Positions 36,980-49,400 of a DNA stretch of 64,000 nt are shown here, one piece after another (the first letter of the stretch is position 1; each line of letters opens with the position of its first letter). Source of the DNA: Antedon mediterranea (lineage: Eukaryota > Animalia > Echinodermata); assembly GCF_964355755.1 (NCBI RefSeq), contig NW_027306097.1, forward strand, positions 16,001-80,000, given 5' to 3'. A model generated the notes under the pieces. The model saw nothing but the letters and a program-made list of their open reading frames with translations, was not told the origin of the DNA and ran no database searches. Both the position numbers and the translations under genes were made by a program.

Positions 36980-39900
36980 TGGTGTTTTTATGTTAACAGG
37001 TTTTTTCGACGAACACAAAATGTTCTAAAACGTCTCCAAATGCGATTTGAAGCTATTCTAAGCACTTTGGTGTTTTTATGTTAACAGTTTTTTTCGAAAA
37101 ACACAAAATGTTCTAAAACGTCTCCAAATGCGATTTGAAGCTATTCTAAGCACTTTGGTGTTTTGTGTGAAAAAGTTTTGTCTAAATGCTCAAAATGGTC
37201 TAAAACGTTTTTAAATACGATATTAAGCTATTTTGTGCTCTTTGATGTTTTTGTGTGAAAAGTGTTATCGAAATGCTCAAAATGGTCTAAAACGGTTTAT
37301 AATGTGATTTTAAGCACTTTGATGTTTTTGTGTAATCAAGTTTCATCGAAATGCACAAATTGGTCTAAAACGTCTCCAAATGCGATTTGAAGCTATTCTA
37401 AGCACTTTGGTGTTTTGTGTGAAAAAGTTTTGTCGAAATGCTCAAAATGGTCTAAAACGTTTTTAAATACGATATTAAGCTATTTTGTGCTCTTTGATGT
37501 TTTTGTGTGAAAAGTGTTATCGAAATGCTCAAAATGGTCTAAAACGGTTTATAATGTGATTTTAAGCACTTTGATGTTTTTGTGTAACCAAGTTTTTTCG
37601 AAAATCTCAAAATGGTCTAAAACGTCTCCAAATACGATTTGAAGCTATTCTAAGCACTTTGGTGTTTTTATGTTAACAAGTTTTTTCGAAAATCACAAAA
37701 TGGTCTAAAACGTCTCCAAATGCGATTTTAAGCTATTCTAAGCACTTTGGTGTTTTTATGTTAACAAGTTTTTTCAAAATCACAAAATGGTCTAAAACGT
37801 CTCCAAATGCGATTTGAAGCTATTCTAAACCCTTTGGTGTTTTTATGTTGATAAGTTTTTTCGAAAATCACAAATTGGTCTAAAACGTCTCCAAATGCGA
37901 TTTGAAGCTATTCTAAACACTTTGGTGTTTTTATGTTAACAATTTTTTTCGAAAATCACAAAATGGTCTAAAACGTTTCCAAATGCGATTTGAAGCTATT
38001 CTAAGCACTTTCGTGTTTTTATGTTAACAAGTTTTTTCGAAAATCACAAAATGGTCTAAAACGTTTCCAAATTCGATTTGAAGCTATTCTAAGCACTTTC
38101 GTGTTTTTATGTTAACAAGTTTTTTCGAAAATCACAAAATGGTCTGAAACGTCTCCAAATGTGATTTGAAGCTATTCTAACACTTTGGTGTTTTTATGTT
38201 AACAAGTTTTTTCAAAAATCACAAAATGGTCTAAAACGTCTCCAAATGCGATTTGAAGCTATTCTAAGCACTTCTGTGTTTTGTGTGAAAAAGTTTTATC
38301 TAAATGCTCAAAATGGTCTAAAACATTTTTAAATACGATATTAAGCTATTTTGTGCTCTTTGATGTTTTTGTGTGAAAATTGTTATCGAAATGCTCAAAA
38401 TGGTCTAAAACGGTTTATAATGTGATTCTAAGCACTTTGGTGTTTTTATGTTAACAATTTTTTTCGAAAATCACAAAATGGTCTAAAACGTTTCCAAATG
38501 CGATTTGAAGCTATTCTAAGCACTTTCGTGTTTTTATGTTAACAAGTTTTTTCGAAAATCACAAAATGGTCTAAAACGTCTCCAAATGTGATTTGAAGCT
38601 ATTCTAAGCACTTTGGTGTTTTTATGTTAAAAAGTTTTTTCGAAAATCACAAAATGGTCTAAAACGTCTCCAAATGCGATTTGAAGCCCTTTGGTATTTT
38701 GTGTGAAAAAGTTTTGTCGAAATGCTCAAAATGGTCTAAAACGATTTATAATGTCATTTTAAGCACTTTGATGTTTTTGTGTAACCAAGTTTCATCGAAA
38801 TGCACAAAATGGTCTAAAACGTCTCCAAATGCGATTTGAAGCTATTCTAAGCACTTTGGTGTTTTGTGTGAAAAAGTTTTGTCTAAATGCTCAAAAAATG
38901 GTCTAAAACGTTTTTAAATACGATATTAAGCTATTTTGTGCTCTTTGATGTTTTTGTGTGAAAAGTGTTATCGAAATGCTCAAAATGGTCTAAAACGGTT
39001 TATAATGTGATTTTAAGAACGTTGATGTTTTTGTGTAATCAAGTTTCATCGAAATGCACAAATTGGTCTAAAACGTCTCCAAATGCGATTTGAAGCTATT
39101 CTAAGCACTTTGGTGTTTTGTGTGAAAAAGTTTTGTCGAAATGCTCAAAATGGTCTAAAACGTTTTTAAATACGATATTAAGCTATTTTGTGCTCTTTGA
39201 TGTTTTTGTGTGAAAAGTGTTATCGAAATGTTCAAAATGGTCTAAAACGGTTTATAATGTGATTTTAAGCACTTTGATGTTTTTGTGTAACCAAGTTTTT
39301 TCGAAAATCTCAAAATGGTCTAAAACGTCTCCAAATACGATTTGAAGCTATTCTAAGCACTTTGGTGTTTTTATGTTAACAAGTTCTTTCGAAAATCACA
39401 AAATGGTCTAAAACGTCTCCAAATGCGATTTGAAGCTATTCTAAGCACTTTGGTGTTTTTATGTTAACAAGTTTTTTCAAAATCACAAAATGGTCTAAAC
39501 CGTCTCCAAATGCGATTTGAAGCTATTCTAAGCACTTTGGTGTTTTGTGTGAAAAAGTTTTATCTAAATGCTCAAAATGGTCTAAAACATTTTTAAATAC
39601 GATATTAAGCTATTTTGTGCTCTTTGATGTTTTTGTGTGAAAATTGTTATCGAAATGCTCAAAATGGTCTAAAACGGTTTATATTGTGATTCTAAGCACT
39701 TTGGTGTTTTTATGTTAACAATCTTTTTCGAAAATCACAAAATGGTCTAAAACGTTTCCAAATGCGATTTGAAGCTATTCTAACCACTTTCGTGTTTTTA
39801 TGTTAACAAGTTTTTTCGAAAATCACAAAATGGTCTAAAACGTCTCCAAATGTGATTTGAAGCTATTCTAAGCACTTTGGTGTTTTTATGTTAACAAGTT

Positions 39901-42900
39901 TTTTCAAAAATCACAAAATGGTCTAAAACGTCTCCAAATGCGATTTGAAGCTATTCTAAGCACTTTGGTGTTTTTATGTTAACAGGTTTTTTCGAAGAAC
40001 ACAAAATGTTCTAAAACGTCTCCAAATGCGATTTGAAACTATTCTAAGCACTTTGGTGTTTTTATGTTAACAGTTTTTTTCGAAAAACACAAAATGTTCT
40101 AAAACGTCTCCAAATGCGATTTGAAGCTATTCTAAGCACTTTGGTGTTTTTATGTTAACAGGTTTTTTCGACGAACACAAAATGTTCTAAAACGTCTCCA
40201 AATGCGATTTGAAGCTATTCTAAGCACTTTGGTGTTTTTATGTTAACAGTTTTTTTCGAAAAACACAAAATGTTCTAAAACGTCTCCAAATGCGATTTGA
40301 AGCTATTCTAAGCACTTTGGTGTTTTGTGTGAAAAAGTTTTGTCTAAATGCTCAAAATGGTCTAAAACGTTTTTAAATACGATATTAAGCTATTTTGTGC
40401 TCTTTGATGTTTTTGTGTGAAAAGTGTTATCGAAATGCTCAAAATGGTCTAAAACGGTTTATAATGTGATTTTAAGCACTTTGATGTTTTTGTGTAATCA
40501 AGTTTCATCGAAATGCACAAATTGGTCTAAAACGTCTCCAAATGCGATTTGAAGCTATTCTAAGCACTTTGGTGTTTTGTGTGAAAAAGTTTTGTCGAAA
40601 TGCTCAAAATGGTCTAAAACGTTTTTAAATACGATATTAAGCTATTTTGTGCTCTTTGATGTTTTTGTGTGAAAAGTGTTATCGAAATGCTCAAAATGGT
40701 CTAAAACGGTTTATAATGTGATTTTAAGCACTTTGATGTTTTTGTGTAACCAAGTTTTTTCGAAAATCTCAAAATGGTCTAAAACGTCCTCCAAATACGA
40801 TTTGAAGCTATTCTAAGCACTTTGGTGTTTTTATGTTAACAAGTTTTTTCGAAAATCACAAAATGGTCTAAAACGTCTCCAAATGCGATTTGAAGCTATT
40901 CTAAGCACTTTGGTGTTTTTATGTTAACAAGTTTTTTCAAAATCACAAAATGGTCTAAAACGTCTCCAAATGCGATTTGAAGCTATTCTAAACCCTTTGG
41001 TGTTTTTATGTTGATAAGTTTTTTCGAAAATCACAAATTGGTCTAAAACGTCTCCAAATGCGATTTGAAGCTATTCTAAACACTTTGGTGTTTTTATGTT
41101 AACAATTTTTTTCGAAAATCACAAAATGGTCTAAAACGTTTCCAAATGCGATTTGAAGCTATTCTAAGCACTTTCGTGTTTTTATGTTAACAAGTTTTTT
41201 CGAAAATCACAAAATGGTCTAAAACGTTTCCAAATTCGATTTGAAGCTATTCTAAGCACTTTCGTGTTTTTATGTTAACAAGTTTTTTCGAAAATCACAA
41301 AATGGTCTGAAACGTCTCCAAATGTGATTTGAAGCTATTCTAACACTTTGGTGTTTTTATGTTAACAAGTTTTTTCAAAAATCACAAAATGGTCTAAAAC
41401 GTCTCCAAATGCGATTTGAAGCTATTCTAAGCACTTTGGTGTTTTGTGTGAAAAAGTTTTATCTAAATGCTCAAAATGGTCTAAAACATTTTTAAATACG
41501 ATATTAAGCTATTTTGTGCTCTTTGATGTTTTTGTGTGAAAATTGTTATCGAATTTCTCAAAATGGTCTAAAACGGTTTATAATGTGATTCTAAGCACTT
41601 TGGTGTTTTTATGTTAACAATTTTTTTCGAAAATCACAAAATGGTCTAAAACGTCTCCAAATGCGATTTGAAGCTATTCTAAACACTTTGGTGTTTTTAT
41701 GTTAACAATTTTTTTCGAAAATCACAAAATGGTCTAAAACGTTTCCAAATGCGATTTGAAGCTATTCTAAGCACTTTGGTGTTTTTATGTTAAAAAGTTT
41801 TTTCGAAAATCACAAAATGGTCTAAAACGTCTCCAAATGCGATTTGAAGCCCTTTGGTATTTTGTGTGAAAAAGTTTTGTCGAAATGCTCAAAATGGTCT
41901 AAAACGATTTATAATGTCATTTTAAGCACTTTGATGTTTTTGTGTAACCAAGTTTCATCGAAATGCACAAAATGGTCTAAAACGTCTCCAAATGCGATTT
42001 GAAGCTATTCTAAGCACTTTGGTGTTTTGTGTGAAAAAGTTTTGTCTAAATGCTCAAAAAATGGTCTAAAACGTTTTTAAATACGATATTAAGCTATTTT
42101 GTGCTCTTTGATGTTTTTGTGTGAAAAGTGTTATCGAAATGCTCAAAATGGTCTAAAACGGTTTATAATGTGATTTTAAGAACGTTGATGTTTTTGTGTA
42201 ATCAAGTTTCATCGAAATGCACAAATTGGTCTAAAACGTCTCCAAATGCGATTTGAAGCTATTCTAAGCACTTTGGTGTTTTGTGTGAAAAAGTTTTGTC
42301 GAAATGCTCAAAATGGTCTAAAACGTTTTTAAATACGATATTAAGCTATTTTGTGCTCTTTGATGTTTTTGTGTGAAAAGTGTTATCGAAATGTTCAAAA
42401 TGGTCTAAAACGGTTTATAATGTGATTTTAAGCACTTTGATGTTTTTGTGTAACCAAGTTTTTTCGAAAATCTCAAAATGGTCTAAAACGTCTCCAAATA
42501 CGATTTGAAGCTATTCTAAGCACTTTGGTGTTTTTATGTTAACAAGTTCTTTCGAAAATCACAAAATGGTCTAAAACGTCTCCAAATGCGATTTGAAGCT
42601 ATTCTAAGCACTTTGGTGTTTTTATGTTAACAAGTTTTTTCAAAATCACAAAATGGTCTAAACCGTCTCCAAATGCGATTTGAAGCTATTCTAAGCACTT
42701 TGGTGTTTTGTGTGAAAAAGTTTTATCTAAATGCTCAAAATGGTCTAAAACATTTTTAAATACGATATTAAGCTATTTTGTGCTCTTTGATGTTTTTGTG
42801 TGAAAATTGTTATCGAAATGCTCAAAATGGTCTAAAACGGTTTATATTGTGATTCTAAGCACTTTGGTGTTTTTATGTTAACAATCTTTTTCGAAAATCA

Positions 42901-43460
42901 CAAAATGGTCTAAAACGTTTCCAAATGCGATTTGAAGCTATTCTAACCACTTTCGTGTTTTTATGTTAACAAGTTTTTTCGAAAATCACAAAATGGTCTA
43001 AAACGTCTCCAAATGTGATTTGAAGCTATTCTAAGCACTTTGGTGTTTTTATGTTAACAAGTTTTTTCAAAAATCACAAAATGGTCTAAAACGTCTCCAA
43101 ATGCGATTTGAAGCTATTCTAAGCACTTTGGTGTTTTTATGTTAACAGGTTTTTTCGAAGAACACAAAATGTTCTAAAACGTCTCCAAATGCGATTTGAA
43201 GCTATTCTAAGCACTTTGGTGTTTTTATGTTAACAGTTTTTTTCGAAAAACACAAAATGTTCTAAAACGTCTCCAAATGCGATTTGAAGCTATTCTAAGC
43301 ACTTTGGTGTTTTGTGTGAAAAAGTTTTGTCTAAATGCTCAAAATGGTCTAAAACGTTTTTAAATACGATATTAAGCTATTTTGTGCTCTTTGATGTTTT
43401 TGTGTGAAAAGTGTTATCGAAATGCTCAAAATGGTCTAAAACGGTTTATAATGTGATTTT
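36980..43460 (+). repeat. About 3163-bp tandem duplication
   Basis: Paired markers: CGACGAACAC 37007/40169, GGTCTGAAAC 38141/41304, GAAGCCCT 38683/41846, and the rare TTTTAAGAACGTTG 39011/42174. Confidence 0.88.
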
Positions 43461-46400
43461 AAGCACTTTGATGTTTTTGTGTAACCAAGTTTTTTCGAAA
43501 ATCTCAAAATGGTCTAAAACGTCTCCAAATACGATTTGAAGCTATTCTAAGCACTTTGGTGTTTTTATGTTAACAAGTTTTTTCGAAAATCACAAAATGG
43601 TCTAAAACGTCTCCAAATGCGATTTGAAGCTTTTCTAAGCACTTTGGTGTTTTTATGTTAACAAGTTTTTTCAAAATCACAAAATGGTCTAAAACGTCTC
43701 CAAATGAAGCTATTCTAAACCCTTTGGTGTTTTTATGTTGATAAGTTTTTTCGAAAATCACAAATTGGTCTAAAACGTCTCCAAATGCGATTTGAAGCTA
43801 TTCTAAGCACTTTGGTGTTTTTATGTTAACAAGTTTTTTCGAAAATCACAAAATGGTCTAAAACGTCTCCAAATGCGATTTGAAGATATTCTAAACCCTT
43901 TGGTGTTTTTATGTTGATAAGTTTTTTAGAAAATCACAAATTGGTCTAAAATGTCTCCAAATGCGATTTGAAGCTATTCTAAGCACTTTGGTGTTTTTAT
44001 GTTAACAAGTTTTTTCGAAAATCACAAAATGGTCTAAAACGTCTCCAAATGCGATTTGAAGCTATTCTAAACACTTTGGTATTTTTAGGTTAACAAGTTT
44101 TTTCGAAAATCACAAATTGGCCTAAAACGGTCTCCAAATGCGATTTGAAGCTATTCTGTACACTTTGATGTTTTTATGTTAACAATTTTTTTCGAAAATC
44201 ACAAAATGGTCTAAAACGTCTCCAAATGCGATTTGAAGCTATTCTAAGCACTTTGGTGTTTTGTGTGAAAAAGTTTTGTCGAAATGCTCAAAATGGTCTA
44301 AAAAGTTTTTAAATACGATATTAAGCTATTTTGTGCTCTTTGATGTTTTTGTGTGAAAAGTGTTATCGAAATGCTCAAAATGGTCTAAAACGGATTATAA
44401 TGTGATTTTAAGCACATTGATGTTTTTGTGTAACCAAGTTTCATCGAAATGCATAAAATGGTCTAAAACGTCTCCAAATGCGATTTGAAGCTATTCTAAG
44501 TACTTTGGTGTTTTTATGTTAACAAGTTTTTTCGAAAATCACAAAATGGTCTAAAACGTCTCCAAATACGATTTGAAGCTATTGTAAGCACTTTGGTGTT
44601 TTTATGTTAACAAGTTTTTTCAAAAATCACAAATTGGTCTAAAATGTCTCAAATGCGATTTGAAGCACTTTGGTGTTTTTATGTTAACAAGTTTTTTCGA
44701 AAATCACAAAATGGTCTAAAACGTCTCCAAATGCGATTTGAAGCTATTCTAAACACTTTGGTGTTTTGTGTGAAAAAGTTTTGTCTAAATGCTCAAAATG
44801 GTCTAAAACGTTTTTAAATACGATATTAAGCTATTTTGTGCTCTTTGATGTTTTTGTGTGAAAAGTGTTATCGAAATGCTCAAAATGGTCTAAAACGGAT
44901 TATAATGTGATTTTAAGCACTTTGATGTTTTTGTGTAACCAAGTTTTTTCGAAAATCTCAAAATGGTCTAAAACGTCTCCAAATACGATTTGAAGCTATT
45001 CTAAGCACTTTGGTGTTTTTATGTTAACAAGTTTTTTCGAAAATCACAAAATGGTCTAAAACGTCTCCAAATGCGATTTGAAGCTATTCTAAGCACTTTG
45101 GTGTTTTTATGTTAACAAGTTTTTTCAAAATCACAAAATGGTCTAAACCGTCTCCAAATGCGATTTGAAGCTATTCTAAGCACTTTGGTGTTTTGTGTGA
45201 AAAATTTTATCTAAATGCTCAAAATGGTCTAAAACATTTTTAAATACGATATTAAGCTATTTTGTGCTCTTTGATGTTTTTGTGTGAAAATTGTTATCGA
45301 AATGCTCAAAATGGTCTAAAACGGTTTATATTGTGATTCTAAGCACTTTGGTGTTTTTATGTTAACAATCTTTTTCGAAAATCACAAAATGGTCTAAAAC
45401 GTTTCCAAATGCGATTTGAAGCTATTCTAAGCACTTTCGTGTTTTTATGTTAACAAGTTTTTTCGAAAATCACAAAATGGTCTAAAACGTCTCCAAATGT
45501 GATTTGAAGCTATTCTAAGCACTTTGGTGTTTTTATGTTAACAAGTTTTTTCAAAAATCACAAAATGGTCTAAAACGTCTCCAAATGCGATTTGAAGCTA
45601 TTCTAAGCACTTTGGTGTTTTTATGTTAACAGGTTTTTTCGACGAACACAAAATGTTCTAAAACGTCTCCAAATGCGATTTGAAGCTATTCTAAGCACTT
45701 TGGTGTTTTTATGTTAACAGTTTTTTTCGAAAAACACAAAATGTTCTAAAACGTCTCCAAATGCGATTTGAAGCTATTCTAAGCACTTTGGTGTTTTGTG
45801 TGAAAAAGTTTTGTCTAAATGCTCAAAATGGTCTAAAACGTTTTTAAATACGATATTAAGCTATTTTGTGCTCTTTGATGTTTTTGTGTGAAAAGTGTTA
45901 TCGAAATGCTCAAAATGGTCTAAAACGGTTTATAATGTGATTTTAAGCACTTTGATGTTTTTGTGTAATCAAGTTTCATCGAAATGCACAAATTGGTCTA
46001 AAACGTCTCCAAATGCGATTTGAAGCTATTCTAAGCACTTTGGTGTTTTGTGTGAAAAAGTTTTGTCGAAATGCTCAAAATGGTCTAAAACGTTTTTAAA
46101 TACGATATTAAGCTATTTTGTGCTCTTTGATGTTTTTGTGTGAAAAGTGTTATCGAAATGCTCAAAATGGTCTAAAACCGTTTATAATGTGATTTTAAGC
46201 ACTTTGATGTTTTTGTGTAACCAAGTTTTTTCGAAAATCTCAAAATGGTCTAAAACGTCTCCAAATACGATTTGAAGCTATTCTAAGCACTTTGGTGTTT
46301 TTATGTTAACAAGTTTTTTCGAAAATCACAAAATGGTCTAAAACGTCTCCAAATGCGATTTGAAGCTATTCTAAGCACTTTGGTGTTTTTATGTTAACAA

Positions 46401-49400
46401 GTTTTTTCAAAATCACAAAATGGTCTAAAACGTCTCCAAATGCGATTTGAAGCTATTCTAAACCCTTTGGTGTTTTTATGTTGATAAGTTTTTTCGAAAA
46501 TCACAAATTGGTCTAAAACGTCTCCAAATGCGATTTGAAGCTATTCCAAACACTTTGGTGTTTTTATGTTAACAATTTTTTTCGAAAATCACAAAATGGT
46601 CTAAAACGTTTCCAAATGCGATTTGAAGCTATTCTAAGCACTTTCGTGTTTTTATGTTAACAAATTTTTTCGAAAATCACAAAATGGTCTAAAACGTTTC
46701 CAAATTCGATTTGAAGCTATTCTAAGCACTTTCGTGTTTTTATGTTAACAAGTTTTTTCGAAAATCACAAAATGGTCTGAAACGTCTCCAAATGTGATTT
46801 GAAGCTATTCTAACACTTTGGTGTTTTTATGTTAACAAGTTTTTTCAAAAATCACAAAATGGTCTAAAACGTCTCCAAATGCGATTTGAAGCTATTCTAA
46901 GCACTTTGGTGTTTTGTGTGAAAAAGTTTTATCTAAATGCTCAAAATGGTCTAAAACATTTTTAAATACGATATTAAGCTATTTTGTGCTCTTTGATGTT
47001 TTTGTGTGAAAATTGTTATCGAAATGCTCAAAATGGTCTAAAACGGTTTATAATGTGATTCTAAGCACTTTGGTGTTTTTATGTTAACAATTTTTTTCGA
47101 AAATCACAAAATGGTCTAAAACGTTTCCAAATGCGATTTGAAGCTATTCTAAGCACTTTCGTGTTTTTATGTTAACAAATTTTTTCGAAAATCACAAAAT
47201 GGTCTAAAACGTCTCCAAATGTGATTTGAAGCTATTCTAAGCACTTTGGTGTTTTTATGTTAAAAAGTTTTTTCGAAAATCACAAAATGGTCTAAAACGT
47301 CTCCAAATGCGATTTGAAGCCCTTTGGTATTTTGTGTGAAAAAGTTTTGTCGAAATGCTCAAAATGGTCTAAAACGATTTATAATGTCATTTTAAGCACT
47401 TTGATGTTTTTGTGTAACCAAGTTTCATCGAAATGCACAAAATGGTCTAAAACGTCTCCAAATGCGATTTGAAGCTATTCTAAGCACTTTGGTGTTTTGT
47501 GTGAAAAAGTTTTGTCTAAATGCTCAAAAAATGGTCTAAAACGTTTTTAAATACGATATTAAGCTATTTTGTGCTCTTTGATGTTTTTGTGTGAAAAGTG
47601 TTATCGAAATGCTCAAAATGGTCTAAAACGGTTTATAATGTGATTTTAAGCACGTTGATGTTTTTGTGTAATCAAGTTTCATCGAAATGCACAAATTGGT
47701 CTAAAACGTCTCCAAATGCGATTTGAAGCTATTCTAAGCACTTTGGTGTTTTGTGTGAAAAAGTTTTGTCGAAATGCTCAAAATGGTCTAAAACGTTTTT
47801 AAATACGATATTAAGCTATTTTGTGCTCTTTGATGTTTTTGTGTGAAAAGTGTTATCGAAATGTTCAAAATGGTCTAAAACGGTTTATAATGTGATTTTA
47901 AGCACTTTGATGTTTTTGTGTAACCAAGTTTTTTCGAAAATCTCAAAATGGTCTAAAACGTCTCCAAATACGATTTGAAGCTATTCTAAGCACTTTGGTG
48001 TTTTTATGTTAACAAGTTCTTTCGAAAATCACAAAATGGTCTAAAACGTCTCCAAATGCGATTTGAAGCTATTCTAAGCACTTTGGTGTTTTTATGTTAA
48101 CAAGTTTTTTCAAAATCACAAAATGGTCTAAACCGTCTCCAAATGCGATTTGAAGCTATTCTAAGCACTTTGGTGTTTTGTGTGAAAAAGTTTTATCTAA
48201 ATGCTCAAAATGGTCTAAAACATTTTTAAATACGATATTAAGCTATTTTGTGCTCTTTGATGTTTTTGTGTGAAAATTGTTATCGAAATGCTCAAAATGG
48301 TCTAAAACGGTTTATATTGTGATTCTAAGCACTTTGGTGTTTTTATGTTAACAATCTTTTTCGAAAATCACAAAATGGTCTAAAACGTTTCCAAATGCGA
48401 TTTGAAGCTATTCTAACCACTTTCGTGTTTTTATGTTAACAAGTTTTTTCGAAAATCACAAAATGGTCTAAAACGTCTCCAAATGTGATTTGAAGCTATT
48501 CTAAGCACTTTGGTGTTTTCATGTTAACAAGTTTTTTCAAAAATCAAAAAATGGTCTAAAACGTCTCCAAATGCGATTTGAAGCTATTCTAAGCACTTTG
48601 GTGTTTTTATGTTAACAGGTTTTTTCGAAGAACACAAAATGTTCTAAAACGTCTCCAAATGCGATTTGAAGCTGTTCTAAGCACTTTGGTGTTTTTATGT
48701 TAACAGTTTTTTTCGAAAAACACAAAATGTTCTAAAACGTCTCCAAATGCGATTTGAAGCTATTCTAAGCACTTTGGTGTTTTGTGTGAAAAAGTTTTGT
48801 CTAAATGCTCAAAATGGTCTAAAACGTTTTTAAATACGATATTAAGCTATTTTGTGCTCTTTGATGTTTTTGTGTGAAAAGTGTTATCGAAATGCTCAAA
48901 ATGGTCTAAAACGGTTTATAATGTGATTTTAAGCACTTTGATGTTTTTGTGTAACCAAGTTTTTTCGAAAATCTCAAAATGGTCTAAAACGTCTCCAAAT
49001 ACGATTTGAAGCTATTCTAAGCACTTTGGTGTTTTTATGTTAACAAGTTTTTTCGAAAATCACAAAATGGTCTAAAACGTCTCCAAATGCGATTTGAAGC
49101 TATTCTAAGCACTTTGGTGTTTTTATGTTAACAAGTTTTTTCAAAATCACAAAATGGTCTAAAACGTCTCCAAATGAAGCTATTCTAAACCCTTTGGTGT
49201 TTTTATGTTGATAAGTTTTTTCGAAAATCACAAATTGGTCTAAAACGTCTCCAAATGCGATTTGAAGCTATTCTAAGCACTTTGGTGTTTTTATGTTAAC
49301 AAGTTTTTTCGAAAATCACAAAATGGTCTAAAACGTCTCCAAATGCGATTTGAAGATATTCTAAACCCTTTGGTGTTTTTATGTTGATAAGTTTTTTAGA

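Noticed and set aside
43570-43761. 63-aa minus-strand ORF
   Set aside because: A chance open frame created by the 7-bp deletion plus one substitution. The paralogous blocks near 49.1 and 51.1 kb have no such ORF in the track.
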